A stretch of 63,332 bases of DNA, filler included, from Licmophora abbreviata (lineage: Eukaryota), in NCBI GenBank assembly GCA_900291995.1. It is 5 parts of 5 records of this genome, joined end to end, with 100 filler letters (N's around TTAATTAATTAA, not from the genome) between each part and the next. Parts side by side here need not be neighbours in the genome. Positions count along the whole stretch, not along the records: positions 55,174 to 61,133 come from OLMU01002635.1; positions 61,234 to 63,332 come from OLMU01002636.1; 3 more parts are not named here. The stretch is one strand, 5' to 3'. The notes below the pieces were generated by a model. It saw nothing but the letters and a program-made list of their open reading frames with translations, searched no databases and was not told the DNA's origin. A program made the position numbers and the translations under genes. Positions 57,553 to 63,332 of the stretch are shown piece after piece. Each line of letters begins with the position of its first letter. Positions within the stretch are counted from its first letter, which is position 1.

Positions 57553-60500
57553 TCATCGACCAGTGTCCTTCGTCTGTCGCGCGGCGCTACTTTGACAGAT
57601 CGATTCAAGAGCGTTCCATATTTTGTCCAATCCATAGCAGTTGGAATGGTTCTCTTCACAATGTCCTCTGATTGAATCCAATGCGGCTTTCGGCTGAAGC
57701 GTTGCTTCAGCACGATACTCGCTGGTTGGATTACCGCCCAGGGATTCTAGAAGGATTTTCGAATCGGCAACCTGCGCTATCTTCCTCGCAGCTTCAGACA
57801 TTCGTTTCTTGCTGAGCTCAACTACCAACTCGAGAGATGCTGAGCATCTCATGAGTTGCGCCCTGAGATCTCCAGCTGGGGGATTGTTGTCCGTTGGACC
57901 TCTAGACGAAGATGTCGTCTCGATATTCCACGGCAGAGACTGGAGCACACGCTCCGGAGTAACAGCATAAGACAACCTCGCCGATTTCTCGCCCAGTCGT
58001 CTAGTGGGAGGCTCAGCAACTGAATTGAGAGAATCTGTGGGTTTCGTGTCATCATCTGTTTCCATTGCGATAGACGCATTCTGCCTTCTGAGGGCCGACA
58101 GTCGACTGCTTTCAGCTGTGCGCCGGTGTGTTTTGCTCGTTTCGCTCTCATGCATGCAACCGTATGAATCTATTGAGACTCTGACACCAGAATTGACCTG
58201 TTGAGGATTGACGGCTGGTGAAGTCACTGTTGACTCATTTCCGTTTCGATGTTTCTTCTGGCGAGCACATCCATGTTCAGCAATGATGGACTGTCTATCG
58301 CTGAGACGCAGAGATTCCCCCCCGTTCGGGGTATGGTCAGTTAGCAATGTTCGCTTTCCTGACGTTGAAGTTTGCCGGGCCACATGTAAGCAGCAACTCA
58401 CGCATGTGGTAGTATGAGCTAGTCTAGCGGTCGGATGTTCCACTGTCAAAACGATCTCTCCCACGGGCATCGGCGCCGCAGGCTGCGCTCCACCAAGGAA
58501 AAATGGATCATTCACCTGATCAATGAGATCATCCTTAGTGGCACATATCCAGCCTATCAGCGCGCTCGTCGGTCTGTTGCTGTCTTCCGAGGAAAGTTTC
58601 GAGCCCGTCAAATCAGGTCTTGTTTCCGTGAGATCGCGCTTTTTGTTGCCATTCAGTTCAGGAGAAGATGAAGACACAACTGATGAAACAACCCCGTCAC
58701 TATTCTCCATCTCAATTTCAGATCCTTCTTCCTCCCATTGGTCCATCGGTAACTTGGCGTTCCTGGCAGATACATTGTGCCAAAAGCAACTCGCCAAGTC
58801 GTCTTTCCATTCAATCAGATTTTTGGGCCGTCTATCTGAATACATTACCGAGAACCAAATATTCCTTGTCGATTCTCTCGTGGCTGCTTTTGATTCGCGC
58901 TTCCGCTGCTCCTCTAGTGCTTTGACTATGCAAGCATGCTTTTCCTCTTTTATCAGAATTTCTTTACTGATGCAAACGTAGATTACGTTCATTCTGGGGG
59001 TTGCATTTGCTGTATTATCAAATCGATCATGGATGGGCTCGCCATGGGTAATGGCTGACTCCAATACAGCTGTGTTGTTGACACGAGAAGAAGTAGCTAA
59101 CTTGCTCCCATGTTGTGGAGCCCAATTCTGCACGCCGAAAGGGAGCGGGGGCATATTTCGGAGCTGTCCAACTTGCTCTCGAGTCGTTTCTGGGATGTTG
59201 TATTCATCGACGTGCAATGGCAACCGCCCATTCCAACAGATTTGAGCTGAGACATCGTTCGATGTTTCAAAGTTATCGATCTCCTCTAGACATGCTGACG
59301 CAATGGGCCCTCCATTGTCTGTAGCGGCATTCATGTCTGCATGGAGAGAGAACGCGGAGGGCTTACAAGCCAACAAGCTGATCAGGAAAGCGAGCGCTGC
59401 CGCTCGAGATTCAATTCTTCGCCGCTCTGCAAGCTCGGCCGCAATTCGAGTGCGTTTTTCATCTTCCTGTCGCGTCTTTTGCTGAATATCAGAATGGATC
59501 TCGTCCAGTCTAGGGGCCTCGCCGCCGGCACATCTGGTGTCAAAAGGGTCAGCGAGATTGCCTTCCTGGGCCATGCGTGTTTCCACGATTGGCGCTTCGT
59601 CAACTCGGGGTGGCATGTACACACTTCCCTTGTTCTGGGGTGAAGAAAGCACCGTAAACATCGGCACAGAAGACTTTGACTCTTCTCTCAGTTGTTTCCG
59701 AGACACCAAGCACTTCTCCTTGTCTCCGTCGTAATAACTTCTTGCACCACGGCTCTTCCGGAACTCCAATAGCGTTGCCCTGGGACTGCAAGCATTGAGG
59801 AGTTCAAGGGGAGTCAATAGGCCGATCTCTTCAAGAATGGTGTTGCTTTCGTATTGCATTGAGTTGTCCTCTGACAAAAGCCCTACGCCGAGCGCCGAGC
59901 AAAGATATGGTTCTTCGACGCTTTCACTCTCATCACGAAAATTGATCGATGAAGAGTTTCTTATCAGGTCTTGTTTCTCATCTAAAGGGTCGGAGAGTTG
60001 TCGGGAGCATAAATTTAAGGTAGCGAAGCCGTTGGTAGAGTGTCGTGCAAGAAAGAAGGGGCCGCACTGTCGCTCGTCGGAGGGGCGTCCCATCACACTA
60101 TCGTTGTAGAGACTTCTCAGTTGCATCGTTTCGAAACTACTCGTAGACCCGGTATCGAAACTAGTCCCTGTATCGAATCCAGACCCGGTATCACAACTAG
60201 ACGCTGCAGCGGTATCGAAACTAGTCCCAGACGTGTATTCGTCGGTGAGATTTTCGTCGGTGGAACAAAGAAGCAGCAAGTCCACATCCATGTTTGAGTT
60301 TGAGTTGTGCTTGTCGCCTTCGTGCAGGGGGGAAAGCTCGTCACTGATTAATTCGTCGGTCGGGCAACGGTGCCGGACGCCGGGTGAGGCTCCTCTCCTG
60401 AGAGTCTCAATCTCGTCTCGTGCATCAGCCGAGGACGCCGATTCTGACTTCAGCGTTCCTAAGAAGGTCGAAATAAAAAGATCTTTCTCGACTTGAGATT

Positions 60501-60759
60501 CTTGTTGAGGAACAACCACAAATTGTACTGGAGCGTCCTTCGAAGATTTGGCTGGTCGAATAGGAATTTCAGCTGCCTCCTTGTTTCCGACCTGATCATT
60601 TCTCTTGGTGCACATCTTTTTGCCTTTCATCTTTAAGGCATGCCTCAGAGAATGGTTCTTGCGAGGGAGAACTGAACCCTTTCTCGTGAAAGGAGCGGCG
60701 AATCTGTGATATTGTCTGGTGTTTGATGGATAGATCGCCAGTGAGCGCTTTTGCCACAT
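57553..60759 (-). CDS. Large low-complexity hypothetical protein
   Basis: 1068-codon uninterrupted ORF, Ser/Glu-rich, with short GTSFDT-like repeats and coiled-coil patches; no recognised domain. Confidence 0.55.
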   Translation of the reverse strand: MWQKRSLAIYPSNTRQYHRFAAPFTRKGSVLPRKNHSLRHALKMKGKKMCTKRNDQVGNKEAAEIPIRPAKSSKDAPVQFVVVPQQESQVEKDLFISTFLGTLKSESASSADARDEIETLRRGASPGVRHRCPTDELISDELSPLHEGDKHNSNSNMDVDLLLLCSTDENLTDEYTSGTSFDTAAASSCDTGSGFDTGTSFDTGSTSSFETMQLRSLYNDSVMGRPSDERQCGPFFLARHSTNGFATLNLCSRQLSDPLDEKQDLIRNSSSINFRDESESVEEPYLCSALGVGLLSEDNSMQYESNTILEEIGLLTPLELLNACSPRATLLEFRKSRGARSYYDGDKEKCLVSRKQLREESKSSVPMFTVLSSPQNKGSVYMPPRVDEAPIVETRMAQEGNLADPFDTRCAGGEAPRLDEIHSDIQQKTRQEDEKRTRIAAELAERRRIESRAAALAFLISLLACKPSAFSLHADMNAATDNGGPIASACLEEIDNFETSNDVSAQICWNGRLPLHVDEYNIPETTREQVGQLRNMPPLPFGVQNWAPQHGSKLATSSRVNNTAVLESAITHGEPIHDRFDNTANATPRMNVIYVCISKEILIKEEKHACIVKALEEQRKRESKAATRESTRNIWFSVMYSDRRPKNLIEWKDDLASCFWHNVSARNAKLPMDQWEEEGSEIEMENSDGVVSSVVSSSSPELNGNKKRDLTETRPDLTGSKLSSEDSNRPTSALIGWICATKDDLIDQVNDPFFLGGAQPAAPMPVGEIVLTVEHPTARLAHTTTCVSCCLHVARQTSTSGKRTLLTDHTPNGGESLRLSDRQSIIAEHGCARQKKHRNGNESTVTSPAVNPQQVNSGVRVSIDSYGCMHESETSKTHRRTAESSRLSALRRQNASIAMETDDDTKPTDSLNSVAEPPTRRLGEKSARLSYAVTPERVLQSLPWNIETTSSSRGPTDNNPPAGDLRAQLMRCSASLELVVELSKKRMSEAARKIAQVADSKILLESLGGNPTSEYRAEATLQPKAALDSIRGHCEENHSNCYGLDKIWNALESICQSSAARQTKDTGR

Positions 60760-61133
60760 CGAACATGAAACATTGGGCGATTCTTGTGAGCGGGCAAAGC
60801 GAAGTTTCGCTGAAACGTCCTTTCAGACTACCGGTAATGTGATGTACTTTATTCGAAATGTTACTTTATGTGTATCATAGTATGTAAAGCGCACCGGCGC
60901 TGGGCGTGTGGTGAGCAGACGACGACGATGACGTATTCCGTCCGGCACTTTCATGAGGCCTGCACAACGTCCAAGAACCAAGAACCCCTCGTTTCATTGG
61001 TGTCTCGCTGTCCTCACTCTCGTGGCATCCCATGAAAACCACCGTGTCGTTCTGCTGGAAAATACATTTTGTTCTCGTCCTGCTTTGGTTTGGATCGACG
61101 AACGCCGTTTCGATGCCGAGCGACACCCAGATG

Positions 61134-61233
61134 NNNNNNNNNNNNNNNNNNNNNNNNNNNNNNNNNNNNNNNNNNNNTTAATTAATTAANNNNNNNNNNN
61201 NNNNNNNNNNNNNNNNNNNNNNNNNNNNNNNNN
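61134..61233. other. Assembly gap spacer
   Basis: N44-TTAATTAATTAA-N44. Confidence 0.97.
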
Positions 61234-62023
61234 AAGCGGCATTGGCAAGGCTGTCTGCGAATTGCTGTTGGAGAAGTACCCTGGAGTCCATGTATTGTTG
61301 GGATCTCGAGATCGGGCTCGCGGTGAAGAAGCAGTGCATGCCATTCAAGCTGCTATGGGGTCGGAGGCGTCAGACCGGATCGAACTTGTTGAAATCGACA
61401 CGTCGTCTGACGCGTCAGTGAAGCAAGCCGCCGACTACGTGTCCAAGGGAGGTCCGCTCTATGGTATTGTGAATAATGCAGGTCTTGGCCCTGGAAACCC
61501 TCTGAAGGAATCCATGAACACCAACTACTTTGGACCGCGACGAGTCAATGATGCCTTTTTAGAACTGCTTCAGAAACCGGGCGGACGTATTGTGAACGTA
61601 GCGTCAGCGTCCGGACCCAACTTTGTCAGTGGATGCCAGGATGCTGATCTTCGGATGAAGTTTGCAGACCCTTTGACAATTGCTGGAGGAATCAAAGAGC
61701 TGGACGACATTGCGAAAACCGTAGAATCCGACAACCCATACGGCATCAGCAAAGCGGCTTTGAACGCGTACTCGATGCTCCATGCAAAAGAGGAGCCAGA
61801 CCTCATCATCAACGCATGCACACCAGGCTTCATTGCTACAGATATGGGTGTTCCTCTTGGTGCCAGTAACCCCCCGTCTAAGGGAGCTGTGCCTCCCGTT
61901 TACCTTCTCATGTCGGATGAGATTGGCAAGCTGCCGACCGGACGCTACTACGGCAGTGACTGTGTCCGCAGCCCGATTGACAGATATCGAAGCCCCGGAG
62001 ATCCACCGTACGAAGGGCTCTAA
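61234..62023 (+). CDS. Short-chain dehydrogenase/reductase (carbonyl-reductase-like), 5' end in gap
   Basis: SGIG (end of the Gly-rich NAD(P) motif), VNNAG, GRIVNVAS, YGISK (YxxxK), CTPGFIATDM. Confidence 0.9.
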
Positions 62024-62642
62024 TGGCAGGATACATTGAGACGAACCTTCTGGTTATTGCTGCCCACGATGGAAGGGGACCAAATCTACCTGCAGATACA
62101 GTATGTAGCTTCTATGTGATGCAACGCACACACGAATTAGACTGTTTGGGCGCGATGAGTACTGTAGCTGACCCCGTCTGCTCCCCAGTGCATAGCGATT
62201 GGGTATCACCGTACTTGTACCTGTAGACTAGCAAAAGGTGGGACAAAACCGGGAGAAAATTGCCACGGCTGAATTGAATCGAATCTAGAATCGTATGATG
62301 GCAGATCATATCGTACTCGTACACCGTACAGTACCTAGCTAGTACGTCAGTCATCCGGAGCTCGCGAAACGAACTTGAAACGCAAACGCCGTCACACTTC
62401 CATGACGCGGAGTGTTGTGATCGAGTTGCCGACGCTGACGGGATGCCAACCACATCATCAATTAGCCGGACAGCACATGCATTCTCCGAACGCGTAGTTT
62501 CGTCGAGACGTCCCCGGTCACCGCTGCGTCCCATCTTCTTCACGGGTAGAGGGAAAGGAAGAGACTCTCCGGATTTGCGACGTGAAAGAAATTAAATTGA
62601 ACAGCCGCACCTGTAGACGTGTAGACCTAAACTGTACCCAGA

Positions 62643-63332
<690 letters not shown>

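Overview
Gene-dense eukaryotic nuclear DNA (about 50% GC, short GT-AG introns, bipartite signal-peptide + 'AF' plastid presequences, diatom-type gene families), most consistent with a pennate diatom. Four artificial 100-nt spacers (N44-TTAATTAATTAA-N44) mark assembly gaps. About 29 protein genes and one tRNA-Gly(TCC) are supported: a SHAQKYF-type Myb, a protein kinase, a PPR protein, SpoU methyltransferase, RRP7, two plastid-targeted Ycf29/NarL response regulators, ABC1 kinase, proteasome beta5, RbfA, a Popeye-like protein, MsrB, a pseudouridine synthase, aconitase X, a FANCJ-like helicase, APC1, a multi-Myb protein, an SDR and an organellar MetRS. The strongest candidate for an unusual system is a three-exon gene (29340-33284, about 1256 aa) fusing a class-V PLP cysteine-desulfurase-like domain to a TtcA-type tRNA thiolase, which would be a self-contained sulfur-relay/2-thiocytidine enzyme in a eukaryote. 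Other notable items are a PDZ domain inserted in the Fe-S region of the FANCJ-like helicase, a FAIM-like/UIM/NPF endocytic adaptor, and a bacterial-type hydroxyproline dehydratase head-to-head with a secreted 2OG-Fe(II) oxygenase. All calls come from motif recognition by eye; no searches were run and exon boundaries are manual predictions.
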